Numbered from the stretch's first letter, positions 1 to 14,578 are shown. The stretch: 64,000 bases of DNA from Octopus vulgaris (GCA_951406725.2 OX597820.1:27590001-27654000); one strand, 5' to 3'. The notes: generated from the sequence alone by a model not told the origin. Made by a program: numbers and translations.

Positions 1-102
1 CGCTGCGATGGACTTGGCGTCCGGTCCAGCTGGGGGAACACATACACCATAGAAACTGGAAAATCCGGCCCATGAGCCTGGCTAGGCTTTAAAAAGGCGC
101 AT
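1..102 (+). mobile_element. 3' end of a tRNA-headed SINE (same family as 15633-15880)
   Basis: gctgcgatggac..gtccagctgggg..gcctggctaggctttaaaa..gcgcat matches the tail of the copy at 15780-15880. Confidence 0.75.
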
Positions 103-107
103 TCTTT

Positions 108-410
108 GTGGAGGCACATGGCCTAGTGGTTAGAGCAGTGGACTCGTGGCCGAGGGATCGCAGGTTTGAATGTCAGACCGGGTGATGTGTCTGTTTATGA
201 GCGAAACACCTAAGCTTCACGCGGCTCTGGCAGAAGGTAATGGCGAACTTCTGCTGACTCTTTCGCCACAACTTTCTCTCACTCTTTCCTCCTGCATCTT
301 GCAGCTCAACTGCGACAGACCGGCGTTCTGTCCAGGTGGGGAACGTATACGCCAAGGAAACCGGGAAACCGGTCCTTATGAGCCAGGCATAGCTCGAGAA
401 GGAACAAACA
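108..410 (+). mobile_element. tRNA-derived SINE (head D, tail 1)
   Basis: A-box tggcctagtgg and a B-box-like motif; colinear with the copy at 39958-40259. Confidence 0.85.
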
Positions 411-549
411 CCTCACTTCTGTTATTTATTTTGTTTATCATTAGAAGCCAATATATTACTGATTTTATTTCATTGACTTAGGAAGGGCAGTGTGGCACTT
501 AATCATGCATACAGTCTGTATTGTTGTCCCTTGATCTTTTAACTTTTAA

Positions 550-930
550 CCGTTACTTGTTGCAGTCACTAGACTGCGGCCATGCTGGGGCACCGCCATG
601 AATACTTTTTAGTCGAATGAATAGACCCTAGTACTTTTTTGTTAAGTCTGGTATTTATTCTCCTAGTTCCTTTTGCTGATTTAATTTATGGTAGCGTAAA
701 CACACCAACGCTGGTTGTGGAGAGCTGGTGGTGGATACAGACACAAAACACACACACACGAACAAACATACATATATAAAGATATTATATTCAACGGGAT
801 TCTTTCAGTTTCCGTCTACCACATCCACTCACAAGTCTTTGGTTGACCCGGGATTATAACAAAAGACACTTGCTGAAGACACCACACAGTGGGACTGAAT
901 CTGAAACCATGTGGTTAGAAAGCAAGCAAT
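550..930 (-). mobile_element. Degenerate SINE family A copy
   Basis: Reverse-complement similarity to 1123-1579 (ttcagtttccgtctacc..tccactcacaag; gactgcggccatgctggggcaccgcc). Confidence 0.8.
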
Positions 931-1122
931 CTTCTTTATTTCATAAACCGGCTAAGGAAGCCGTACGTAGATGGGACAAACAAGGACAGACAGACACAGA
1001 GGGTGAAGAAGTTGCTTATTACGAATGAAAATGTTTCGAATGATAAAATATAAATGTCATGCTGTTAAAAATTATATATTTTTTTCTTTGAAAAATTTCA
1101 ATATATACTTGATGATCATTGC

Positions 1123-1282
1123 AGGAGTGGCTGTGTGGTAAGTAGCTTGTTTACCAGCCACATGGTTCCGGGTTCAGTCCCACTGCGTGGAACCTTGGGC
1201 AAGTGTCTTCTACTATAGCCTCGGGTCGACCAAAGCCTTGTGAGTGGATTTGGTAGACGGAAACTGAAAGAAGCCTGTCGTA

Positions 1283-1369
<87 letters not shown>

Positions 1370-1579
1370 TTGTGTGTCTGTGATTGTCCCCCTAGCATTG
1401 CTTGACAACCGATGCTGGTGTGTTTACGTCCCCGTCACCTAGCGGTTCGGCAAAAGAGACCGATAGAATAAGTACTGGGCTTACAAAGAATAAGTCCCGG
1501 GGTCGATTTGCTCGACTAAAGGCGGTGCCCCAGCATGGCCGCAGTCAAATGACTGAAACAAGTAAAAGAGTAAAGAGTA
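1123..1579 (+). mobile_element. Full-length SINE family A with internal (TA)n(TG)n
   Basis: ggagtggctgtgtggtaag A-box, ggttcagtccc B-box, (gagtaaa) tail; possible attgca TSD; about 10 related copies in the window. Confidence 0.9.
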
Positions 1580-1639
1580 TTGCAAATTTTGCAATTTGTG
1601 ACTGAAGGAAAGGTATCCAGCCGCCAGGTTCGAACCTTT

Positions 1640-2112
1640 ACTTTTCCTTCTAGTTCCACATACTTGGTCCCAGTCACTTGCATCTCTTCTCCGACCTGAT
1701 CTTGCTATCGAGGTGGTAACTAAAGAAGTTAACCAACCACTGGCCGGAGACGAAAGTACCTGTCACTATACCTCTTACACGCGTCTTCCATACTGTTTCT
1801 TTCAGTATGGCTACTACGCAGAAAAAAAACAGGCATTCTTTTTCCTGTTAAGGGAAGGATACGGCACAATCTTGATAATAGCCTCGGCCGATAGCTGTAC
1901 TCTTCCCGTAGTTAACGAAAGCTGTCAGTCCCGATAATTCCGGACACGCCACGAAGGCGTGAAAGTCAGTTTCTCTGTCCCGCCCGCACCTCGGGCATAT
2001 CGGTGGGATGGCACTTCCGTGTCTTGACAGCTTGTTTCGAACAAGCAAAGCTGAACGGTAGCACTGCCCAGCCAGGGATTTCTGGTAATGATACAGATAC
2101 CCCGATCCAAAC
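1640..2112 (-). mobile_element. L1/Tx1-type non-LTR ORF2 C-terminal remnant (zf-RVT)
   Basis: ORF 1848-2114 reads ALLVRNKL..CPRCGRDRETDFHAFVACP, a CxxC..H..C zinc knuckle; left boundary approximate. Confidence 0.65.
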
Positions 2113-2129
2113 ATATATATACGATGATT

Positions 2130-2232
2130 TGTGGAGGTGCAATGGCCTAGTGGTTAGGGCAGCAGACTCGCGGTCATAGGATCGCCGTTTCCATTCCCAG
2201 ACTGGGCGTTGTGAGCGAAAATACCTAAATCT
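2130..2232 (+). mobile_element. Truncated SINE head (family D)
   Basis: ggaggtgcaatggcctagtggttagggcagcagactcgcggtcataggatcg matches the heads of the copies ending at 8303 and 32978. Confidence 0.8.
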
Positions 2233-2267
2233 AGTAAACCCTCGACGGTAAAAAACGAAGTAGGGTG

Positions 2268-3123
2268 ATTCGTGGCCTTCTTTCTTCAGTCAAATAGACC
2301 AGAAGTCCTTACTGTTTCGGACAATTACACTTGAGACAGTTCGATTTGGTTGCCCCCAGAAGCGTCTAAGCTAAAAGCAATAAACCTTTTTGTAAGGAAG
2401 CTAGCGAATGTGTACGGCAACAAAGACAACAAATAACGGAGAAGATGGCTCACAATTATAAATACAAACAACAAGAATATAACAACAGGTGTCTTTCGAC
2501 TTAGAACGAATTAAATTGAGCTGGCGTATATGAAGTGAAAGCCTAAAGGCAGATGCATAGGAGATGGACATAGGAAATGTTGGCTGTCGGCAGTCCGGCA
2601 AAGAAAGAAAGATCATGGCTGGCCGGACACCAGTCACGTGGAAGGAGAAGAGAGAGGTAGGGGACAGCAGGATTGAAAGATTAGAAAAAATATCAAAGAC
2701 AAAGGGAAAGGTACAGGGTAGATAAACGAGGAGGAAAAGTGGGAGTTAAGGAAAGAGAGGGCCAAGAAATGTAAGAAAGAAAGGGGAAGCAAGAAAAAGA
2801 AAAGAGGAAGAAAGCTAAAAGACTAGTAAGAAACGTACAAAATTTAGATACATACCTGCTAGAAGGTGAGCACAAAATGGAACGAAAACAATAGAGGACA
2901 ATAAAACATTCGGACAGACAGACGATGCAAAGGCAGGCAGGAGAAGCAACAATTGGAAAGACAGGCAAAAAAAGATGAGATATTCGTGGCCTTTATTCCT
3001 CAGTCAAGTATACCAGAAGTCCTTACTCTTTCGGCCAGTTACACTTGAGACAGTTCGGTCTGTTTGCCCCCCAAAAGCCTAAGCTAAGAGCATTAGACAG
3101 TTTTGTAAGAAAGCTAGCAAATA
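2268..3123. mobile_element. Non-coding element bounded by about 140-bp direct repeats
   Basis: 2268-2409 resembles 2982-3123; a related partial copy lies at 50655-51190. Confidence 0.65.
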
Positions 3124-3150
3124 TGTACGCAAACACACACATATATACAG

Positions 3151-3200
<50 letters not shown>

Positions 3201-3527
3201 TCAAACACACACACACATATATATATATATACACACCTACACACACATATATGCCCAGAATAACACGCACACGCTCCAGCTCATATAACTCTTCCCTTAA
3301 GTTTGTGCATGTGTGTCTGTACCCGTATGTATGTGCGTGGTATAATCGTTAATATTTCATAATATTTAACTACGATAGATAAAATATTCTGGAACACGTT
3401 TGCAGTATTCCTACTCCGTCTGTCTGCAATTTCATTTCCAATATTATTAGGATTTGATATAATTTAATATAATGGTAATCAAAATAAGTTTCTTAGAAAC
3501 GGTTTCTAATTATAGAGACCAGACTTA

Positions 3528-4643
3528 CGACGACGCTGACAACGGCAGCGACGGCAATGACGGCAATGACGACGACGTCAATGACGGCAACGGCAATGAC
3601 GACGACGTCAATGACGGCAACGGCAATAGCGACGACGTCAATGACGGCAACGGCAATGACGACGACGTTAATGACGGCAACGGCAATGACGACGACATCA
3701 ATGACGGCAACGGCAATGACGACGACAGTAATGACGGCAACGGCAATGAAGACGACGTCAATGACAGCAACGGCAATGACAACGACGTCAATGACAGCAA
3801 CGGCAATGACGACGACATCAATGACGGCAACGGCAATGACGACGGCGGCAATGACAGCAACGGCAATGACGACGACGTCAATGACGGCAACGGCAATGAC
3901 GACGACGTCAATGACGGCAACGGCAATAACGACGACGTCAATGACGGCAACGGCAATGACGACAACGTCAATGACGGCAATGACGACGACGGCAATGACG
4001 GCAACGGCAATGACGACGACGTCAATGACGGCAACGGCAATGACGACGACGGCAATGACGGCAACGGCAATGACGACGATGTCAATGACGGCAACGGCAA
4101 TGACGGCAACGGCAATGACGGCAACGGCAATGACGACGACAGCAATGACGGCAACGGCAATGACGACGACGGCAATGACGGCAACGGCAATGACGACGTC
4201 GTCAATGACGGCAACGGCAATGACGACGACGTCAATGACGGCAACGGCAATGACGACGACGGCAATGACGGCCACGGCAATGACGACGACGGCAATGACG
4301 GCAACGGCAATGACGACGACGTCAATGACGGCAACGGCAATGACGACGACGTCAATGACGGCAACGGCACTGACGCGGACAGCAATGACGGCAACGGCAA
4401 TGACGACGACGTCAATGACGGCAACGGCAATAGCGACGACGTCAATGACGGCAACGGCAATGACGACGACGTTAATGACGGCAACGGCAATGACGACGAC
4501 ATCAATGACGGCAACGGCAATGACGACGACGGTAATGACGGCAACGGCAATGAAGACGACGTCAATGACAGCAACGGCAATGACGACGACGTCAATGACA
4601 GCAACGGCAATGACGACGACATCAATGACGGCAACGACGTCAA
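3528..4643. repeat. 30-bp GC-rich minisatellite (aatgacggcaacggcaatgacgacgacgtc)n, about 37 units
   Basis: Directly visible; open in several frames on both strands; grades into GAC/GAT triplets up to about 4940. Confidence 0.95.
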
Positions 4644-4874
4644 TTGACAGCATCGGCATGGACGAGGACGGCAATGACGAGGACGGCAATAATGACGAAG
4701 ACAAGATGACAACACAGAAGATGACGATGATGATAAACGCGACGACGACGACGATAACGATGACAACAATGACGCCGTCGTTGATCATGTGAAAGTTGAG
4801 GATGCTGATACTGATGACAATAATGATAATGGTGATGATAATGACGACAACGACGACGACACGACGACGACGAC

Positions 4875-4915
<41 letters not shown>

Positions 4916-5445
4916 CGATGATGATGGTACCGACGATGAGATGATGCCGAAATTGATGGATGTTCACATTGAAGATGATGTTTACGAATTCTTGGAATTA
5001 ATGCTCTTTCATTTGACAGATTTCTGTGATGGAGAGAATTTACAAAAATTTGTTAACAATATTATGGGCTTCTGTCTAGTTCCTCGGGTATTTTAGTCAG
5101 CTTCCTTTATCTACCGCTCCAGACTGGACCGCGCAGGAACTTTGCCAAATTTATATTAATATTGGTAGGTATTAAGTTCTGAGGAAATAATTTGTGTCCA
5201 TAAGCAATATACATACCTATATCCATAGGTATGTACATACACGCACGAACACACACACATAGTCACACAAACAGACACGAACACATATATACTCACCCAT
5301 ATATATACACATACAAACCCACACACTTTTGGGTATGTATGTATATATCTATCTGCTCTATACATACATACATACATACATACATACATACATAAATACA
5401 TACATACATACATACGTACATACGTACTTACATACATACATACAA

Positions 5446-5487
<42 letters not shown>

Positions 5488-6120
5488 AGAATACATGGAA
5501 AGAATATATGGAATAAAGATGTGCCCAGATTTTAAGATTATTGGGGTTTATTAGTCGAGGCTATGATGTATTTTCGAATTGGATATCATGAATTTATTCG
5601 CGTAAAAACAACCTGTGAATATTTCTCTTCTTAAATTTATGCAGTTTCACGTGTAAACATACACATAATTACCTGTTAACGTGGCATTTAATATAATTCT
5701 TTCACAGACGATCAGGAAATCTTACGAGGATTAACACCATAGAGATACACACTCTACACATTAACATATATACACAGGCAAGCCCAGAAAGTGGCCAAAA
5801 AACCTAACCGCATATATCATGCAAGCAAATTCACTCACATTCAATATTATTTGACAACTTAGCTATAAGAAAATATAGAGAGAAACGAGCACTCTCCAAG
5901 CAATATTGTGAACTACAAATAGAGTACAAAATACCTTTCACAAGCAAACATACATCTAGCTTCACCAGCTATATATCCGCGCGGCCAATGACTCCTGGAC
6001 ACTTCGTGCATTTTCATTAAGTATGCACGCATACTCATGAGGGAAACGCATTATTTTCCATTCATAATATGAATCGTATTCATTACTCGACATATTGAAA
6101 GGGATTGATCTTGACAGGAC

Positions 6121-6209
6121 TATTTTGCCGAACCGCTAAACACACCAACGAGATGGTAGGTGGGGGACAAATACAGACACTCAAACATATACATACACAT
6201 ACATATATA

Positions 6210-6274
<65 letters not shown>

Positions 6275-6423
6275 GACGAGCCTATTTCAGTTTCCGTCTA
6301 CCAAATCTACTCACAAGGCTTCGGTCGGCCCGAACCTATAGGAGAAGGCATTTGCCCAAGAGCGGGATTGAACACGGAACCATGTGGTAGGGAAGAAAGC
6401 TTTTTACCACACAGCTACACCTG
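6121..6423 (-). mobile_element. SINE family A, internally deleted
   Basis: ttcagtttccgtctaccaaatctactcacaagg..ggaaccatgtgg..taccacacagc. Confidence 0.8.
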
Positions 6424-6479
6424 CGCGATACAAATATACTTACATTTATATGTATATATGAGTGTATGTGTATAAATAA

Positions 6480-6545
<66 letters not shown>

Positions 6546-6843
6546 AAAAAAAATAAAAAAAAAAAAAAAAAAAAAAAAATAATGGTTATAGTATAATTGT
6601 TAATGTATCGACCGGTTTCGCAATCGCTATTCATGATACAGTGTTTAATTTATATGAAAATATATTTTTTCTTAAGAAGAAAAATGGGTCCATGTTGTTT
6701 ATAATGAGATTCACGAGTGAATGATTTTACAAGTTGACAAGTAAATGGAGGTAATTGGTTGTTATTATTGTTATTGTTGTCTGTAAGGGAGATAACTGTT
6801 TAGGTTTTGGGTGGGTTGAGAAAATATGTGTACAGAAAGGAGA

Positions 6844-7332
<489 letters not shown>

Positions 7333-7561
7333 TGTTTATAATAAATATTTATATTGCATTTATTTTTATGTGTCTAAAAGGAAGATATTGTTTTAGTTAT
7401 TATAATAAATGTCAGTTATGATTTCATTGTTGACTTTTTATCATGATGTCTAATCAATTGTGTTGAATGTTACTATTTATGTCATTTAGTGTTGTTTTGA
7501 AATATATATATATATTTATTCATATATATATACATATATATACATATATATATACATATAT

Positions 7562-7919
7562 ATTCAGTCCCACTGCATGACACCTTCGGCATGTGTTTTC
7601 TACTATAGCCTCGGGCCGACCAAAGCCTTGTGAGTGGATTTGGTAGACGGAAACTGAAAGAAGGCCGTCGTATATATGTATATATATGTGTGTGTGTGTG
7701 TTTGTGTGTCTGTGTTTGTCTCCCCCAATATCGCTTGACAACCGATGCTGGTGTGTTTACGTCCCCGTCATATAGCGGTTCGGCAAAAGACACCGATAGA
7801 GTTAGTACTAGGCTTACAAAGAATAAGTCCTGTGGGTCGATTTCCTCGACTAAAGGCAGTGCTCTAGCGTGGCCACAGTCAAATGACTGAAACAAATAAA
7901 AGAGTAAAAGAGTAAGAGA
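7562..7919 (+). mobile_element. 5'-truncated SINE family A
   Basis: Colinear with 1173-1579. Confidence 0.88.
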
Positions 7920-7970
<51 letters not shown>

Positions 7971-7971
7971 T

Positions 7972-8016
<45 letters not shown>

Positions 8017-8017
<1 letters not shown>

Positions 8018-8303
8018 TTGATCACGTGACCGACCAGACCATCAGATGTTGTTACTCATCGCTGGTCACAATGCGTTCGCATTGTTTTAGAATTCGAATG
8101 ACGCCACCCCGCTGGCTAAGCGAGCAGACCAACAGAAGAAAGAGTGGGAGAAAGAGTGGTGAAAGAGTACAGCAGGAATCAGACCCCCCCCTGCCGGAGC
8201 CTCGTGGAGCTTTTAGGTGTTTTCGCTCAATAAATACTCACAACGCCCAGTCTGGGAATCGAAACCGCGAGTCCGCGAAACCACTAGGCCATTGCGCCTC
8301 CAC
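8017..8303 (-). mobile_element. SINE with head D and a distinct 3' tail (tail 3)
   Basis: Head and central part match 32800-32978; the tail at 8017-8140 differs. Confidence 0.8.
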
Positions 8304-9140
8304 TATATACAATATTCTTTCTTCTCTTTGTGGCCATGTTGGGTACCGCCCAGAATGTTTTAAGTCGAAGAAATCAGGACATGCTTCGGTCTGCACAAGG
8401 CGATAGTAGAAGACATTTTGCCAAGGTGGCATACAGTTGACGTTGAGGAAGCACTACAGGCCATTATCACTCCACATATAGAATAACTGGAACGTGTATT
8501 CTTCATGTTTCATTGAGGCATGCAAAAATAATCGATTGCTGTTTCATTCCTTGTTCAATAAATATTAAGATACCTCTTTATGCTATTTCATATAATTTTC
8601 ATGCGTTCACTTCTTTTTAGGCAAAGAATATACGTGCAATTCACATAGTAATACAGCCTTCATTCCTATTTTGAACATAAGTATAAAGCTACCATTTTCA
8701 TGAAAAAGTTAAACAGAACAGGTGAGAATTTTTTTCTATATTTATTTTCTAATTGTTACTTTATGTATATTGATATTGTCTTCATAAGTTTGTTTTAGGC
8801 ATATGAAGTGAAGGTGTTCTATAAATATTAAGATCTTTTTGCTAAACGCGTAAAAGCATTATAATACTGTTTTATGCTATTTCACTGCATGGTTATCGAT
8901 TACAGTTTGTTTGGTAGTTTTTTCAGTCCCGGAAGAAAGTAGTTTGACATTCGTTCTGTTTTTTAAGAAAGGAGGTCTTTATTATATTCCTTGTGAATTT
9001 GTTACATTTTTAATTTGTTTTGAAATATATATTTTTTATCATATATTATAATATATTCTATTATATAAATTTTCATATCAATAGAGTGTTATAACGCGTA
9101 AAAGCCATTAAGACTAATTCTGCAGACCTATAATCGAAAG

Positions 9141-9466
9141 AAGGAGCAATATCTGGTGAATATGGAGGGTGGGGTAACACATCCCAGCCGAGCTGCAGCA
9201 ATTTTTGTCAAGTTCCAAAAGCATCAAGTGCCGAAAATGAACTTTCTTATCTTCAAATTTAAAGGGTTACAGAATTAACACAGGTTATAGGAACATAAAC
9301 CTTTTTCCACGAAAAGATAGCTTAAACTGTGCTCTAAATGGACGTGTAGTCAAATCCTATTCTATGGACTCAACCATGTTCTAAAATAAGTCGAAATTTA
9401 AGCTACTATAAATCGGCACGAACTTTCCGGACAACCCAATACTTTTATACAGCATTTAATGATTTA
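9141..9466. repeat. Near-identical duplicate of 10561-10885 (right part of the mariner derivative)
   Basis: Direct identity at an offset of about 1420 bp, including one TIR. Confidence 0.85.
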
Positions 9467-10307
9467 CCAGTTCTAAGAATTCAATACGCCACGTGGCTAA
9501 GTGAGCAAATCGAAGAAAGATGGGAGATATAGTGGTGATCCATCTCCAGCCGAGCTGCAGCTATTTATTTTTCGTAATAAATACTCATGTGAAATAAAAT
9601 AAAACCAAGATATTTAATACAAACATAGACATAACCTTTATTCCACTTGATAGTATTGTGGTGTCCTGTTGGGTGAAAATGTTTTAAGCAAAAATCAACA
9701 TGCTTCTACTCAACAGTCAAAAATGACTAATCGCCCTATGGACTGGGGTCCCCAACTTGTAGGGAACACATATAAACCGGAAAATAGAATAACTGGAACG
9801 TTATTCTTATGTTTCATTCAGCAAAAAAATCTTCTTTTCTTCCTTGTTCTATTGTTTTTATGCTATTTCTTGAATTTTCATCTCTTCTGTTTGGCAAAGA
9901 ATATGTAATTCACATATAATACACTTCATCTATTTTATAAGTATAAAGTACCATTTATCATGAAAAATTACGAACAGTGAAATTATCATGGCAAATTTAT
10001 TTTCTATATCGTTATATGTTACCGCTGTTGACGTCACTTGATATTTCCTTTCTATATGCTTGTCTATAATATTTTGCCTCATATGTTAAGCAAAAAGTTT
10101 AGAATGTTTATATCTTCACTTGGTGTTAAACGCTGCATCCTTTGACTGTTTTATGTATAATTCATTTCGCATTTAGGATGCACTGCATGGTTATCGATTA
10201 CAGTTTTTGTTTGGTAGTTTAGTTTCTCAGTCCCGGAAGAAAGAATTGTAAAGTTTGACATTCGTTCTGTTTGAACGTACAAGGTAAAGGGAGGTAATTA
10301 ATAAGTA

Positions 10308-10859
10308 TTGGGTTGTCCGGAAAGTTCGTGCCGATTTTTAAAGGAAAGAAAAAGGCCAATAAATACTTGCCCAACCAAATATGGACCATTTTGTTGCACA
10401 ATGCGTCTCCATCTTTTCTTTAACTTGAAAATACCCTCTTCTCAGAATTGAGGTGATTTCATGGCAAAGAATTCATCAAGGTATCTTTTTACGTCATCCA
10501 AGGAATAGAAATTTTTACCATTAAGACTATTCTGCAGAGACCTGAATAAGTGGAAATCCGAAGGAGCAATATCTGGTGAATATGGAGGGTGGGGTAACAC
10601 ATCCCAGCCGAGCTGCAGCAATTTTTGTCAAGTTCCAAAAGCATCAAGTGCCGAAAATGAACTTTCTTATCTTCAAATTTAAAGGGTTACAGAATTAACA
10701 CAGGTTATAGGAACATAAACCTTTTTCCACGAAAAGATAGCTTAAACTGTGCTCTAAATGGACGTGTAGTCAAATCCTATTCTATGGACTCAACCATGTT
10801 CTAAAATAAGTCGAAATTTAAGCTACTATAAATCGGCACGAACTTTCCGGACAACCCAA
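10308..10859 (-). mobile_element. Mariner internal-deletion derivative (MITE-like) with intact TIRs
   Basis: About 30-bp TIRs (ttgggttgtccggaaagttcgtgccgattt), TA on both sides; minus strand encodes LGWDVLPHPPYSPDIAPSDFHLF. Confidence 0.92.
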
Positions 10860-11672
10860 TACTTTTTACAGCATTTAATGATTTAATAATCATTCAATGT
10901 AAGAATGCCTTTTATTGACAACCATACATATAGGTGCGTGTGTGTATGTGTGTGTGTGTGTGTGCGTGTAAGAGAGAAAAGAGAGTGAGAAAGAGTGTGT
11001 GTATGTATGTGAATGAGTGTCCTGTTTTAATAATTTAAAGTTTTTTCTCTAAGGAAGGAGCTACTTTCTAATAATAAAACAAAGCACAATCATTTCTATG
11101 TGGATAAACAATTAATCCATTTTCAACTGATCCTGCTTTTTGTAGTTCCCCTTGTGTAGAATAGCTATTTACAATTCTTGTTCTGATTTCTTTCTTTAAA
11201 TAAATATATACCAAGATTATTTAAAAAAAATTTGAACAACATCACTATAGACAGATGTAGGCCATAACTCTTAGTGGTCTATTCTGATTGCAAGTTTGGT
11301 TTGATTCCATCTTTCATTCATTTAGTCTTGAGACACTGTCATTTTATGCTACATCAACATCAATGACTAATCGTAGGACTTCTAATGTAGGGAAAATATG
11401 AAACCATAAACAAATGTATGTAATTTTTATGTATGTATGTATGTATGTATGTATGTATGTATGTATGTATGTATCATTATGTATAGTACATTGTATCGAT
11501 CGTTGTGTGTTCTGTTTTCTTTCTGTGATACATTGTTTTTGATCATTCTCCATTTGATCGGAATTTATCATTTGTTTTTTTCTTTTTTCTTTTTCGTTAT
11601 AAAAAAAACACAACTCTATGTATTTTCCCTCTGTGTTCATCCCTGTGTGGGCAATAACATTTATCTAAATTG

Positions 11673-11723
<51 letters not shown>

Positions 11724-11817
11724 GCTATCTATCTATCTATCATCTATCTTCCATTTCCATCCATCATCCATCCATCCATCCATCCATCCATCCATCCATC
11801 CATCTATCCATCCATCC

Positions 11818-11850
<33 letters not shown>

Positions 11851-11921
11851 GCTATCTATCCATCCATCCATCCATCCATCCATCCATCCATCCTGATCCA
11901 TCCATCTATCCATCTCCATCC

Positions 11922-11982
<61 letters not shown>
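11673..11982. repeat. (TATC)n/(TCCA)n compound microsatellite
   Basis: Directly visible. Confidence 0.9.
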
Positions 11983-11983
<1 letters not shown>

Positions 11984-13433
11984 AATTATTTACCACGATT
12001 TCACCTACTAGGGACATGTGAACCGTACAGTACCGACGTTCATCTTATCACGCCTTGTCTGTGCATCATTCATCATTTAATTGAACCACTCTCTTTTTGA
12101 CAGTATTGTGACTTGTCTTATTCGCTTGAACTTACTGCGAAAATTTGGTATGTCAAGAATTTAATGGAATTCTGAGGATGTGGACTTTTCATCCCTGCAA
12201 GATTGGGCACCCTCACTGTCAGAGGTGATAAGTTTTACAAACAGATATGGAAAATTAGCAGAAACTTCTGCGTTTTATATTAATCACTAGACGGATGCGG
12301 ATGCAAGAAGATGGAATCTTGTATATCCAAAACCCAAACAGACATCACACACAACACAAACACGCACACACAAACACGCAAGACAAATCACACTGACATA
12401 CACAACACCATCACACACACACACACAAACATACACAACACACACATTAAATTCCGACCGTAGATTCTATTAAAATTCGAAAATGAAATGTACCTTCATA
12501 AACACCGATTTTATAATCATTCAATGTAAGAATGCCTTTTATTGACAACCATACATATAGGTGCGTGTGTGTATGTGTGTGTGTGTGTGTGCGTGTAAGA
12601 GAGAAAGAGAGAGTGAGAAAGAGTGTGTGTATGTATGTGAAATGGAATGGTCCTGTTTTAATAATTTAAAGTTTTTTCTCTAAGGAAGGAGCTACTTTCT
12701 AATAATAAAACAAAGCACAATCATTTCTATGTGGATAAACAAAAATAGTGACACATTTTCAACTAGAGATCCTGCATGATTTGACTGTTCCCCTTGTAGA
12801 ATATATTTACAATCTAGCTGTTAGCTGATTGATTTCTTTCTCTGTAAACCCTAGCTTTTACATTCGTAACGCCCCGAGTTCATATCTCGCCATAGACTAT
12901 ATGGGATGTAGCCATAACTCTTCACCCAGAGTCTAGTCTGTTGCAAGCATTTGCACCAGTTTCCACCATGAGGATACATCCATCTTTTCATTCATTTCAC
13001 AAGTCTTGGAGACGCTGTAATGTTTTATGGTCATTGCATCCCCACAATGCAACTAAGGGTTGAAAAGCTGTAGAGTAGGAAGTCGCGAATGAAATTATGG
13101 AAATTGCAAAACTTTTCATCTGAATTTATTTATTTATTTATTTATGTATGTATGTATGTATGTATGTATGTATGTATGTATGTATGTATGTATGTATGTA
13201 TATATATGCATAAATAAATATGTAGATATATTGAGAAATAGAAATTTCTATCTACTAAATTTCTTTCTGTGATACACGATCCCTTTTGATCGCCTTTTTT
13301 CCCGATCCCATTTGATCGGAATTTTACATTTGTTTCCTTTTTTTTTCTTTTTCGTTTTCCATCTTCGAAAAGAAAGGCTCTACATTTGTATTTGTCCCCT
13401 CTGTGTTCATCCCTGTGTGGGCAATAAAGAAAG

Positions 13434-13493
<60 letters not shown>

Positions 13494-14578
13494 TTGGCGT
13501 ATCAATTGCATTTAGATGCTCATCCACAACTCCATCCACAATCCATCCATCATATATATCTACTATTGGACGTCTTTTGCAACGTTCCAAATAATACATA
13601 ATGCAGAAATCCACATCCATAGATTATATGATATCTGTGTGTGTCTGTATATATCTATATATATATCTATCTGTGTATCTATCTATCTATCTATCTCGCC
13701 ATAGACTATATGGTAGGTAGCCATAACTCTTCACCCGGAGTCTAGTCTGTTGCAAGCATTCTCGCCAGTTTCCATCTTGATGACACATCCTCCTTTTCAT
13801 TTATTCCACCAGTCTTGGAGTCGCTGTAATGCTTTATGGGCATTGCATTACCATAATGCAACTAAGGGTTGAAAAAATGTTCAGTAGGGAGTCGCGAATG
13901 AAATGATGGGAATTGCAAAACATTCGTTTATTTGTGATTAGCAGAAGAAAACCTCTCGCTACGAGATCGGTGGGGGTTAATATCAAAATGCAGTATGGAA
14001 AAGCCAAAGAAAGTTTTGGAAAATAAAACGGATGCGGATGCAGAGAGGATGGAATCTTGTATATTAAATCAACAGACATCACACACAACACAAACACGCA
14101 CACACAAACACGCAAGCACATAATCACACTGACATACGTACAAGCATACACATACATAGACACACACACACACGCACACACAAACACACACACACACACA
14201 CACACGCGCGCACACACACACATATATATATATATACAAAACTTGTACTTCTTTGCGTGACTTGCATCTCCGGATTTCTGTTGGCGCTTAACAATATGTG
14301 CGTGTGTCTTTGTTTATATGCGCGTATATGCGTGCATGCGTGTCTGTGTGCGCGCGTGTGTCTGTGCGTGTGTGTTTGTGAGTAAGATTGATTTCGCTTA
14401 GATGATTATCGGTAAAAGTTTCCTAGAATAACCATGTTTCTGTATTTCTTCAGTTGAAATGGAATCAGCCGCACAGTTTCTATAATGGATTTATAGCTGC
14501 TTCACTTGAAACCAACTCAACCGAGATTATTGGTCAAAGACAATGACATATCATTTGCTGCTCATTCAATCCATATAT

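Noticed and set aside
2268-2335. Possible type II hammerhead on the minus strand (also at 2982, 50680 and 51826)
   Set aside because: GAAA and CTGANGA are present, but stem I does not pair and I found no valid UH site.
8621-8721. Exon-like segment with a tttttag acceptor and gtgaga donor
   Set aside because: It has stops in all three frames and lies in the noisy duplicated zone.
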